A stretch of DNA of 62,143 nt, the filler included, from Vezdaea acicularis (lineage: Eukaryota), in NCBI GenBank assembly GCA_026025075.1. It is 4 parts of 4 records of this genome, joined end to end, with 100 filler letters (N's around TTAATTAATTAA, not from the genome) between each part and the next. Parts side by side here need not be neighbours in the genome. Positions count along the whole stretch, not along the records: positions 15,740 to 31,269 come from JAPEUI010000221.1; 3 more parts are not named here. One strand, 5' to 3'. Of the stretch, positions 15,740-26,967 are shown one piece after another. Position numbers and translations under genes: made by a program. How positions within the stretch are numbered: position 1 is the stretch's first letter; each line of letters starts with the position of its first letter. The notes beneath the pieces are model-generated. The model ran no database searches. It was not told the DNA's origin and was given only the letters and a program-made list of their open reading frames with translations.

Positions 15740-16008
15740 AACTTGGAGACGCAGCGGTCAAGGCATACCGATTCGCCTTTGTTCAAGTCCCCTTCTCGAT
15801 AATCATTTGGTATACATTTTTTGGTGCAGGATTGTGTTAATCTACATGCCAGTCAGTACCTAATAGCACTGCCATTGGTAAGCTCAGTCCAAGGGCGGAG
15901 TTCATACCGAGCGAACATATCGGAAACCATCTCAATCTCTGTTTCAGCGCTAGCAATCTTCTCAGCGCTAGAAAGCTTTGGCCGACCACCTCCGAAGAGA
16001 AAAGACAT
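15740..16008 (-). CDS. TIM10: Mitochondrial small Tim chaperone Tim10, 3' end lost in the gap (absent from ORF track)
   Basis: Spliced translation [67 protein letters not shown] with twin CX3C motif. Confidence 0.93.
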
Positions 16009-16265
16009 TATAGCTCGTCGCAAGCTTTTGTATTTGTAGAGAAATGAGTTGATCTAGTTGAAGTTGTGAACCGTTTGTAGGACTTTCTTGACTTGCCGCG
16101 GGTTATGTGGTGACCCTCGCTTGAACTTCAACTCGGAGACGCGCAGTCACGTGGGATCGCTCAGATCCCAGGGGATCTTTCACTAGCTTCCGCGTTGCTC
16201 ACTGACTCTTTACAATCAACTTCCTGGAGGTAAGTCAAGCTTCTGTTTTCCACTTTTTTTTGAAT

Positions 16266-16346
16266 ATGATGATCCGTTTTAATGCAAAGAACCGTTGCGA
16301 ATGACACTTGTTCGCGAGTGTGTGACTGTACTAAGTTGATATCTGA
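16266..16346 (+). ncRNA. Putative intronic box C/D snoRNA in the 5'-UTR intron (16230-16411) of the mitochondrial LysRS gene
   Basis: Box C ATGATGA 16266-72; D' ATGA 16301-04; hairpin CACTTG-TTCG-CGAGTG; C'-like GTGTGA; box D CTGA 16343-46; bracketed by GTAAGT donor (16230), GCTAAC branch (16397) and AAG acceptor (16411). Confidence 0.72.
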
Positions 16347-16411
16347 CATAAATTAAATTTCCACGGTTTTGTAATTGCAGAAAGCCATGGGTATCGGCTA
16401 ACATTGATAAG

Positions 16412-18155
16412 ATGCGAGGTGTTAGGTTACTCTCTCTTCGATCCTACTTGTGGAGGAACATTCAGCAGGATGGAGGAACAATTAGTAGCCGTTACGCTCG
16501 TGCGTACTCGAGTGAACTCAATGAATCTGACAAGCATGGTCCAAATGATATTAAAGAGCGCATCGAGGAGCTCGAGCGAACCAGTTGGAACCTCTATCCC
16601 CGCCTTGAACAGTCTTTGAGGTCAAAGGCCATATCTTTCCCTGAATTTCGGCATCTGCATGCAGATCTAGCGAATGGAGAGACTCGAGCAGGAAACACAA
16701 TCACGCTGTCCGGTATGCTTTTATGGGACGAACGAAGGAAATTCAAATAGCTCATACTGTTAGGAAGGGTGAAATCGTGTCGAGTCGCTGGCTCCGGACT
16801 TGTATTTTTCAATATCAGCCACGATGGACATCAAGTCCAGGGGTTGGTGAATTTGAAGCGGATGGCAGGAAGTGTAACACCAGACCAATTTAAACAATTC
16901 TATCAGGTCCTCAGGCGTGGTGACAATTTCTGTACGTATATGCTTGGTACATGATGCATGCTGGAGCTAATTAATCCGAGCCATCACTGGGCACCCCCAT
17001 AGGACCCCACGAGGGGAGTTGTCAATTCAAGCAACGGAGATTCCGACTTTGTTGTCTCCTTGTCTCCACCGGCTCCCAAAGGGTCTGAGCGACAAGGAGG
17101 CCAGAAGACAGAACCGACACGTTGATCTCATAGTGAATGATCAGGAGGTAAAGACTATAAAAGTACGATCTCGGATTATTCAGCATCTACGGCTGTTCCT
17201 TCTCAGGCAGAATTTCCTAGAGGTAGAAACGCCTATATTAGCCAGCGTTGCCGGTGGAGCTACGGCGCGGCCGTTTACAACAAGCGCTACAGAATTCCCC
17301 GAGCGAGATCTATCTCTTAGGATTGCGCCAGAGCTTTGGCTGAAAAGGCTAGTCCTTGGCGGCCTCGACCGAGTCTTTGAGATAGGACCGGCTTTCAGGA
17401 ACGAAGGCATTGATGCGACCCATAACCCAGAGTACACGACATGCGAGTTTTATAGCTCGTACGCCACCCTCGAGGATCTCAAAGTCATGACAACTGTTCT
17501 ATTTGGCGAACTTGTCCGCGATTTGACGCAGGATATACCTGAGGCATCCGGACTACTTGGTGTTGACTTCGATAAACCATTCAATAGTATATCATTCATC
17601 CCTGCCCTAGAGCAAGCCATTGGTCGTTCCCTTCCCAACCTATCCGCCCAAGATGCAGAGGCCTCCCTCCTACAAATATTCAGTGACATGGGCCTCAAGG
17701 TCCCTACCTCTCCAAACGTGCCACGTCTCCTCGACGCCCTCTCTCATGAATACATCGAGACGAAAATCAAGGCTCCGACGTTCATCACACACCACCCCAG
17801 CTGTCTCTCGCCCCTATCGAAAAGTTTCATCGACCCAGCCTCGAACCAAGAAGTCTCCGCCCGCGCCGAGCTCTTCGCCAACGGCCGCGAGCTCGTGAAT
17901 ATGTACGAGGAAGAGAACTCGCCGTTCGAGCAACGCCGCAAGTTCTTGCAACAAGCCAAGTTCAAAGGGCCAGACAACGAATCAGTCATAGATGAGAGCT
18001 ATCTGGAAGCGTTGGAGTGGGGCTTGCCGCCTACCGCCGGTTGGGGCTGCGGTATTGATAGACTGGTCATGCTCTTCACTGGAGCGCCGAGGATAGAGGA
18101 TGTAAGGACATTCGGGAACCTACGCCATGTGGTCGCGCTTGGGAGAAAAGCGTAA
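16412..18155 (+). CDS. MSK1: Mitochondrial lysyl-tRNA synthetase (class II), 3 coding exons
   Basis: Arg/Leu/Ser-rich presequence MRGVRLLSLRSYLWR; OB-fold exons; FLEVETPIL, GGATARPF, LRIAPELWLKRL, FRNEGIDATHNPEYTTCEFY, GLPPTAGWGCGIDRL. Confidence 0.93.
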
Positions 18156-19097
18156 GGGACCGCGCTTGTATGATATATGTAAGAAATAACGAACGGGGAT
18201 CTGCATTTTTCAAGTTGTGATTCATAGTCCGTCGATCTATCTATGTGCGGGCCTCGTGGACGCCTTGGTAGCCCTTGACAAGCCACTTTGAGAGCTGCTT
18301 CTTGGTCCGGGGACGGCTCTTCTTCCATCCTGATCTACATACGAAACTGACGTATAGTGCCTGCGGTCGTCCCCAAGATCTCACAATCCACGGAAATAGA
18401 GAATATCCAATCCCTTCCCCCCTTCAAACCCAGCATCGCAACCCCCATCACTACTCCCTTTCCCTCCCCACCCCCACCAGTCTAACTCTAGGTTGTCAAA
18501 CCAACTCTAAATCAAACCATCTCACCCCATAACCAACGTTCCAGAGCCACCTAAACTCTTCTCTCGTCAACCAACACTTACGCGGGATCCAAAAGCAAGC
18601 CAGAGTGGGCTGGTCTCCTCTTATCCGCAATTTAGGTTGGGAAGCGGTTATGCACGTTCTTTCCTGTAGACTTGTGACTTGTGGTTGCTGGGTGGTTCGG
18701 GAGATGGGTTGGGATGGGGAGTGTGGGGGGGATGGTGGGGTGGGGTTGCGTGTAAGGGGGGGTTAGTCATTTCTTCCAAGATGGGCCGTATAATGAGATT
18801 TCGCTTACATGGTAACGAATCAGCCTTCTTTGGTCCACATGGTTCAATTTAGAGGGAGTCAGAGACTGATGGGGCAAAAATGGATATGTATTTCAGGGTC
18901 CGGATCGTAGAAATAGCTACGACTGACGAACCGCCCAAGATCGTATGGGATGTAGAACCAGAAACTCCCTCAAGCGAAAGTGAGCCTTGTTCTATCCTGG
19001 ATATGAGTACTTCGTAAAGCATTATCCAATATTGTGTCTCCCCCAATTGTGATATAGCCCATCTATTTATCTTCTCTAATGTCCCGCCCTGCTACCA

Positions 19098-20642
19098 TCA
19101 CCACTTCACGGAAGGCCCATAGAGCTGCTTAATCTTATCCCAAGCCGCGACCTCCGCCCCAGTGGGTCTTGCCTCGATATTATTCTGCGGACCAGCATAC
19201 CTGATCGGATCCTGACCGGGGATCCTCTTCAGCATGAACCGATGCATCGCCGTTTCCGGGTGTATGATCTCAAAGTTCACAATCTCATACAACCCATCAT
19301 ACCTCAAGCCATGGCTGGGACTATATATACTTTTCAGCTTATGGGATCTGATGAGCCGGACGGGTATCTTGGCAGCCATGCTGAGCTTCAATTGATTGGT
19401 TCCCGCGGAGGGTTGGCCGTCAGCCGATCCGGAGGTGCCGCAATACAAGACTTTATCGCCTTCGTCGACGTCGGCGTAGCCGCCCGCACTCATGACAATA
19501 GAGTAGGCGCCTTGGAGAGACGGACCGTGGATGCCGCCTTCGGCGGAGCCGTGGGCGCCGTCGCGGAGAGTGCATAGTTGGATGGGCCACCATTGGCCGA
19601 CCTGGAGGCCGTTCGCACCGACGACATTTGGCGACTTCTTCCAGAGGTAGTTAGGGTCGAGGCTGTAGCTTATGCGCTCTTTGCTGTTCAAGCCCTTCTT
19701 CTCGACGATGATGCCGCGGAAGAGGTGCGGGTCGGTCTCGCCTTGGTGCCACCTCTGGAAGAGGGTGCGGGCGTCGGCCTTCACGTCCCATGGGAAGCCG
19801 ACGTCCTCGGGATCGTCGAAGATCTGCGGGAGACCAACACTGTCCAATACGCGGGACTTCTTGACCAAAGCTCTGGAAATGAAGCCGAAGAACTCCATCT
19901 CGTGGAGGCGTCGTCGGACACCCTTTATGGCGGCAACCACATCCCCACCTTTTCGCTTGGCCTTTTGAGCATTCTTAATGAGATCTCTAATACGGTTCAT
20001 ATTGACTAGATCAACCCGTGCAATGTTTTGTGACCCTTCTTCGGCGTACCAATCAGGGGGGCTTATGCCATCGCGAGTGTCAATCCTTTCGACAAAGGCG
20101 TATTCTGGCCGGGCCTCTGATTTAGGGGCCTTCTTCGGTGGGGCAAAGGGTCGACGTTCTGGCCTTTCTTGACCACTCTGGCTCACCTTCCTCCCAGTAG
20201 TAGCAGCTCTCGTGCTCTCTCTTTCTACGGTAGTATCCGCTCTCCTATCGGATATTAGGCTGTCATATGTAGTGCCCGACTGAGTTGTGCTCCTCTTCTT
20301 TGCCGAAGTCAAGGAGGCATACTTATTTGTCGGCGGTAATGATGAAGTGGATAAAGGGTCTTCGGCCTCCTGCTTTATCTTCTGGTTCGACTCGGCTCCA
20401 GTCGGAGACTGAATTGGCGGCGTCGTGTTTCGAGCTTGTCCAAGGCCTGGGATTGCCGAACTTATCGTCAAATTTGGCATTTCGGGAATATTAGGTGACC
20501 TGGGACTATCTTCTTGGTAGCTCTCAGAGCGTCTGTTCTGGTGTGAGCGACGGGCCTCCTTTTTTGCTCGGTCCGAGATGGCGCTGAACTCCTCCAAGGA
20601 AGCCCATGGACGTTTGGTCCCTAGATCAGAGTCGCCAGACAT
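19098..20642 (-). CDS. Stand-alone SRA/YDG (SAD) domain protein, intronless
   Basis: C-terminal VGQWWP...RDGAHG...GGIHG...GAYSIVMSAGGYADVDEGD..YCG...PVRLIRS...GLRYDGLY...FMLKRIPGQ. Confidence 0.88.
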   Translation of the reverse strand: MSGDSDLGTKRPWASLEEFSAISDRAKKEARRSHQNRRSESYQEDSPRSPNIPEMPNLTISSAIPGLGQARNTTPPIQSPTGAESNQKIKQEAEDPLSTSSLPPTNKYASLTSAKKRSTTQSGTTYDSLISDRRADTTVERESTRAATTGRKVSQSGQERPERRPFAPPKKAPKSEARPEYAFVERIDTRDGISPPDWYAEEGSQNIARVDLVNMNRIRDLIKNAQKAKRKGGDVVAAIKGVRRRLHEMEFFGFISRALVKKSRVLDSVGLPQIFDDPEDVGFPWDVKADARTLFQRWHQGETDPHLFRGIIVEKKGLNSKERISYSLDPNYLWKKSPNVVGANGLQVGQWWPIQLCTLRDGAHGSAEGGIHGPSLQGAYSIVMSAGGYADVDEGDKVLYCGTSGSADGQPSAGTNQLKLSMAAKIPVRLIRSHKLKSIYSPSHGLRYDGLYEIVNFEIIHPETAMHRFMLKRIPGQDPIRYAGPQNNIEARPTGAEVAAWDKIKQLYGPSVKW

Positions 20643-22636
20643 TATTATGGACAGCTTGATACAGCCTGGAAAATTCGACCATAAGAACAGGAGTGTAGCA
20701 GCAAGTTCACTGGCGGTTAAGTAGTTGCTAATCGAAATCGAGGACGCAGATCCAATGCAGGAAAGCAGCGTAGTTTGAGAAATGTCAAAGATTGGCGACT
20801 TAGACCAATACTAGATGAAATTTGAGGTAGTCCTAGCGGAGGCGGATCAGTCTACTTATATAGACGAGGATCTGGTCATGGGGTTGGCGGTCGCTCGGCT
20901 TGTATAGATCTGATAGAGACGTGGGATGATATTGACAGATTGGAATGGTTCACAGGTAACACTACTTCAAGTAAGCATGGTGTGGTAGAAATATTTCCAT
21001 GTACAGTGTGAAACTTTTTGAGTACTAGAGAGAAGATACGAGAGGTATGGACATAGTGACAGACCTTTAAAAATACAGATGATGTAGTATAAGCTATCAA
21101 GACTATGTGTACAGAAGTTTAGAATACAAATCTCGCGACGCTGGCCGAGCGCGTCGGCAAATAGGCATCAGGTTCAGAACGCTAATTGAGCAACAGATAA
21201 GTTTCTCTGTTAAAAGCTATCTCTCGAACCACATGCAGGAAACTAGTCGCGCTACAATGTACAATTGGGCTGTGCAAGATCTAATTAGTCAATACATGTG
21301 TGTGGTATCGCAACCTGCGACCGTTTAGCGAGGTGTGTGAGTGGACAGACCGTTGTCACCTTTAACGGAGAAAGAAAATGTGATAGCCATGCTACAAATC
21401 ACCTTATCCTGAATCACTCCACACTACAGCGAAAAAACTGGGTTAATATACAAGGTATACTCGAGTTTGTTTTGAGAATTTTGAGTCCTTAATGACAGCA
21501 GAAATCCGGTCTTGAGCGTCATGTCGGTCTTGGCGGCTTAAGTTGAGCGTTGGCCGACGAAGTCACATGTGCCAATTAAACTCTACTGCGTCACTACTGC
21601 TGTTTCGCCCTGAGGGATATTTGTCGTACTTTATACAGAGTGTCTTTGATATATACTTCCATGTGCCTGACCTTGGATTATTGCCGGCTATCACCTTTTC
21701 CCAGGCATCTGTGGAGCATTACGTGCGTGGTGTGACTTCGGCCGATGGCTCATCGGTTGTGATTCAGGAACGGCCAAGGCCTAGTCCGCGCCCATCCCTG
21801 CATTGCACCTGTGTGGATTCCCGCTAGGCCGGGGGTGCTCCCGGCCAAGCGAATCGGACATGCACCCCCAGAAAAGCTCGCAGCGATGACTCTGTGTGCT
21901 CTGTCCTCCGCAACACCTTTGGTGATACCCGACTTTCTCTTTGGCCGTCTGTGCATAGCCAGGTCTCCCCCGAGCTGTGTCAGGCTACAGGCGGTGCTAC
22001 TGCGGCCGCAACCAGGAGGATGCGATGAAGACGAGTTCGTCATGGATGTCCGGCTCAGGAGTGTGCGCCTCAAAGATCGCTCGCGGAACAGGCAGCTTTT
22101 TCGGGGGAAGCATGGCCTGGCTTGCCCTCTTGCTCGGGCCAAAGTCTCATCTTTAGCCTTCCTTTGCCTTCTCCTTTTCCCTGCCGATCCTTGTTCCGCC
22201 CTTGCTTCCTGCCGTCTCGCTGATTGTGGCGGCGCTCCTCATTGCCCTTTCTCCCGCTGCACTAGCCGTTTTCAGGCTTAAGTGCTCATGTGATATCGCG
22301 AGCGACCCGCGTCGTGAGCCAACGCGTATGGCCCCCCGGTCGGCGCGTCTCCCGACCGGATCCCCGAAATTTCTCAGCAAGTCGTTTGCCTTCTGGCCCC
22401 TCTTTTCCAAACAGCTATAAATGCATGGCGTATCTCCCATGGTTACGATGGCTCTTTTCCTTTTCTCACCTCTCCTCCAAGTGATCAGAACGTTGGTACC
22501 TCAGGCAGTCATTCCAGGTTACCTCTCTCTCTCTTCCTCCGCTCGACATCTATGCTTGCGAGCTCGAGTTGATCTCCTGTTGCTCTGCTTGCTCCGTCTA
22601 CGGTCGGCCGACCGCCCTCGCTGTTGAGCTCTGAAC

Positions 22637-23566
22637 ATGTTCGGGAGACGATCTTTCTCTACGAACAATTCGAGTCATCGAGCAGGGAAAGCGACGAGCA
22701 GTAGGAAGCAGCGGTCTTTTCGAGAACATGGAGTCGGCAAGAGTCAGACAGCGACGAGGTCTCACAAGGTCGAAAGCCCTCCAATCGGCAGGTGAGGCGT
22801 TCCCTTATTCTAAAACTTCTGTTCGAGCCAGGGTTTGCTAACACGAAAAGCACCTTGAGTAGCGCTATAGTGACGCTTGTAATCGGTCGTGAACAGCGTC
22901 TATTCGCTGCCCACGAAGACGTCCTATGCCTCTCCCCATTCTTCTCTGCTGCCTGCCGAGGTCAGTTCCTCGAGTCACAAACTCGTCGAATCGATCTTCC
23001 AGACGAAGAACCCGAGATCTTCTCCTCGATTCTCGAATTCCTCTATAAAGGGGACTACTACCCACGCCTGAACTTCAACAAGCGTCGAGACACATGGGAA
23101 CTCGAGAATGCGGGGGATACTACAAACCACGGAGCGATCGAGTCCACGGTCTACCATAACGGCGTGGCAGGCCTGATCCTGAAAGACACCGTCATCTACT
23201 GCACAGCGGATAAGTACGGACTGGAAGAGCTCAAGCGGCTTGCACTCCGCAAGCAGGGTCTTCAGTCCGGCATCCAGGTCAATACCATCTTGGCAAGTGC
23301 ACGCTACGCCTACACCAACACGCCAGAAAACGACTCGAAGCTTCGAGCGCACTACCTCTCCCTGATCATCCGCTGCCGCGATACCTTCAAGCGCAGCGGC
23401 TCCATGCAGCAGGAGATGGTCATGGGCGGTCCTCTATTCTTCGACCTCTTCGTCGCCCTGTGCAACCACATGGACGACCTCGCAAACACGTAAGTCGTCC
23501 TTGCACTCGAACTATCATAAGCCCTCAAAAGTAGCTCACACACTCTGCAGCAAATCTCCACGTTAA
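22637..23566 (+). CDS. BTB/POZ domain protein, 3 exons
   Basis: IVTLVIGREQRLFAAHEDVLCLSPFF...IDLPDEEPEIFSSILEFLYKGDY...IYCTADKYGLEELKRLA; ATG 22637 splices in frame. Confidence 0.88.
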
Positions 23567-24890
23567 TCCATCGACTTCTTGTCGACTCATAACTGTCTCA
23601 CACCTCACTGCTTTTTCCCTCCCTACTCATCATCGCTGAGCGACTTCTTCCTTTCTATGACCACGCCATCGGGGCGTCCCTTAGGGCACTGTTTTTTTTG
23701 CATGGCGTTCTGGCTTGGGACAATTTGTATTACTATTCTCCCTTAACTTACCGCAAGCTCCCCCACGGGGTCGAAGCGCGTCCGAGATGCTTCTCTCACC
23801 CTCACAGTCGGGGGGCAATCTTTCTGATCTTCTATAAAAAGTCACTGCTTTGTCCTATCCTATTCGCAGCGGGGGAACTGTTTTATTTAGAGGTGCAGTG
23901 CGTAGTATTACTATACGTTTTACGATTCTTATTTATTTTCTAGCGCTCTGCTCTACTGTAGCTGCGACAAAAACCCAATAGACTCTTCATTTCTCACGAA
24001 GCCCTTCTGGAGCCGTCCTTCTCACGAGCCCCCGTACAGAAATTAATCAGAACCGAGACTCCATCCGAAGCAGGGCACAAAACCACAGAAAAATCCTGCT
24101 CTGAGGGGAGCATCCGCCCAGCGTCCCCCCCAAGCATCCCATCCTCCCAACGAGCGAGCGAACCAACGCCACGTTCCCCCCATCCCCCAAGACTAGCGCA
24201 AGAAGCCATCTGCAAGCACTGTATGCAAACATCCCATGCAAGCCCTCAAGCCCACCCCATCCCAAACGAACCCTGCGCGAAACAACGGGCATACCCATGT
24301 CCCCTGGCGCTCATTGGCCAATTCGCCTCGATGCGCGGCCGACGAGGAAGATTTCTTGATATCGGGGCGTGAGTCACTACGCCGCAAGCACGACGTCCGC
24401 GGACAAGGGACTGCGTGTCTAGCGAAGGCCTGGTCGCGGAGTTTGGGACCCGTGGGGATGGGTGCGCTAGGCGGCGCGGCGGGAAGGGGCTAGTGAGAGA
24501 AAGCGTAGCAAACGGTGGTGCGGACGGGGATGGCGTGGTTGGTGGTGGTGTGGGATATCAGGACGAGAAAAAGTGCGGGCGCGGACTTATTCGCGGCGGC
24601 GGGTGCCGCCTTCAATCTTGGGTGTCTCGGCTAAGGGAGAGGGATGAGGGAGGCCCAAGTCCGGAGAAGTGATTCGCTGCGTGGGAGTGGCGCCGAAGTG
24701 AGAAAAATGCCCCGAACATGCACCGAAGGAGATATGCTAGGGAGGGGAAGCGGGAGGATGGGGAGGGGAGTCATGGCAGCCTGATCGGCCGAGACATTCC
24801 CTCGTAAGCTAAAAAGGACGCCCTGTCCGCACGCAACCCAACCCCACGCTTGATGGATGTAGGACGGACCACCGTATACGTACACCGTCT

Positions 24891-26607
24891 TCAGACACCG
24901 GTGCCGGGAAAAGCACCCCCCTTGCTGAGGACCACCATACCCCGCTCGTGCGAAATGTAGCCCCTCATGAAGTTCTGTTCGTCGTCAGCCTGATATGAGT
25001 CAAAGGGAAGAAGAGAGTGCTGGACGTGGCGAGAGCCAACGACTTTAAGCGAGGCGATCGAAAAGGGGTGCCTTAGGCGACAGGAGAGGTCGGTGCCTTA
25101 AGGCAGCAGGGAAAGAGAAAGGGGTATTGACCTTATAGATCATGTTTGCGAGTAGGCACTCGACCTCGTCGTTCTCCATGCTCTCAATTTTATCTTTGCC
25201 CCCTTGCCCGAGACCGATCGCGACACCGAACTCCTTGATTGGAATCCGTGTCCGGCGTGAGGGCGTCGTCTCGCCTGGTTTGAGCTCCTCAAAGCCGCCA
25301 GCGAGGAAAACCTTCCGGAGTAGGTTGCGGAGTGCGACGTCGCGGCAGCGCTCGAGCGTAAGGTAGATACGTCGTTTGATGAATTCGTCTTCGCCGGCAG
25401 CGAGGGCGGCGCTGAAGCCGGAGAGGTCCCCGCGCTTGATGCAGAAGTTTAGGGGGGCGAAGAGGGACTGTAGGCGGGGAAAGGGGGCGAGGAGGGAAGA
25501 CGCAGGAAATCTTTGGTCGGTGAGCAGCTTGCAGGGAATCAGGTAGGTGAGGATTAGTCTGTGCTCTGGTTAGGGAGGTACTCGAGCAGGGGTGGAAAGG
25601 AGTGCATTACTCCTGATTTCTGCGAGAAGACTTCAGACAACTGTCCCATGCTTCCGTGAGAGATTTTTGCGCCTATGGAGTTAGTAGCCAGTCAGTCGCA
25701 GCTTCTCCTAAAGAAAGGGGCGGAGCGGACCTGGACGTAGTCTTCTTCCAAGAAACAGATAACCCCTGTGTAGTATTTATATGTCACAACATGGGACTTG
25801 GGATAACTCTCTAAGGGCGGCATGTCGGTTGACTGAGAACCCAGAGCACGGATGATATTCTTTGATAAACCAATGTTGTTGAGCCGAAAATAAGTCTTAA
25901 ATAGGAGATTCGTTATGTAGTAAAGACCCCATTTCCGGGATTCTGAAATGGGCGCTCTACTCGTGATGGAGGTTACCACATGTCCGTCGGAGTGTAATTG
26001 TTCTTATCATAGCTACATACCTATCGCTGATGCACAGTTGAAAAATCCTTGTTAGTACACTCGCAGCATCCGACAAGTTCTTGTTGGCTGAATCCTCCAC
26101 AACGTCATCTTGGTATCCCGAGCTAAAAGTCACAGTCCCATCCTTGAGTGCGGAAAGATCATCAGCTTTGATTGCAAATATCCGCAGATATTTGCCTGCA
26201 ACGTAGAGACACGGAACTGTCCAGGCTGGAAATCCGGTGCTGCCACTTGTATATCCACGGATCAATGTTATGGCAAGCTCTTTCCACGCCTCGTAGATCT
26301 TTGACCATGGTACTTGGGTCTTCCGACCTGGTCCTGAAGTATCCTCCGCCACAATCAAGTACCCAGTGGCATTGTAGAATGCTGTATAGACTTCCACCCA
26401 AGCATTGGCCTCCGCTGTAGAAATTGGCAGCCGTTGATCGTGAATCCGATCTTGAAGTTCCGTTTGGATAGCATGATGTGGAGCCAACGCGAACGATCTG
26501 AGACGTCCGGGCTCGTCTGGGAGAGCAATCGGCGTTAGCGTTTGTGCGAGCGATGGTCCATTCAAGACCATTTGAGCATCGGCAAACTGCCGCATGAGAC
26601 TGTCCAT
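24891..26607 (-). CDS. CSN12: PCI-domain protein CSN12/PCID2-like, multi-exon
   Basis: [92 protein letters not shown]. Confidence 0.88.
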
Positions 26608-26967
26608 GTTAATTCTACCTGGACGTAGACTCGGCTCGAACAATGAGCTATAAGTCCCTCAGCCTAGACACCCGGTATAGCATCTCCACATGAAGTAGAT
26701 TGCTCTTGTGCGGTGCACCATGTCGTCGCGCAACTAAATCTTTGTTGATGTTTGCGGCTCTGTCGATCCCCGCCGCCGCAGCTAAGAGTGTATTGGGCTT
26801 AGCGAGACCCCAAGCCCTAACCACAGACTTTTAGCGAAAATTGCGGGACTTGCGAGTTCATACTTCACGACAACGATATCAACGCCTTGTTCAACGACGA
26901 CAAAATCTCAAGGTAAGCGTAATATGATCTAGAGCTTTGAATCCTAAAGCCGCTAACTGATGAACAG

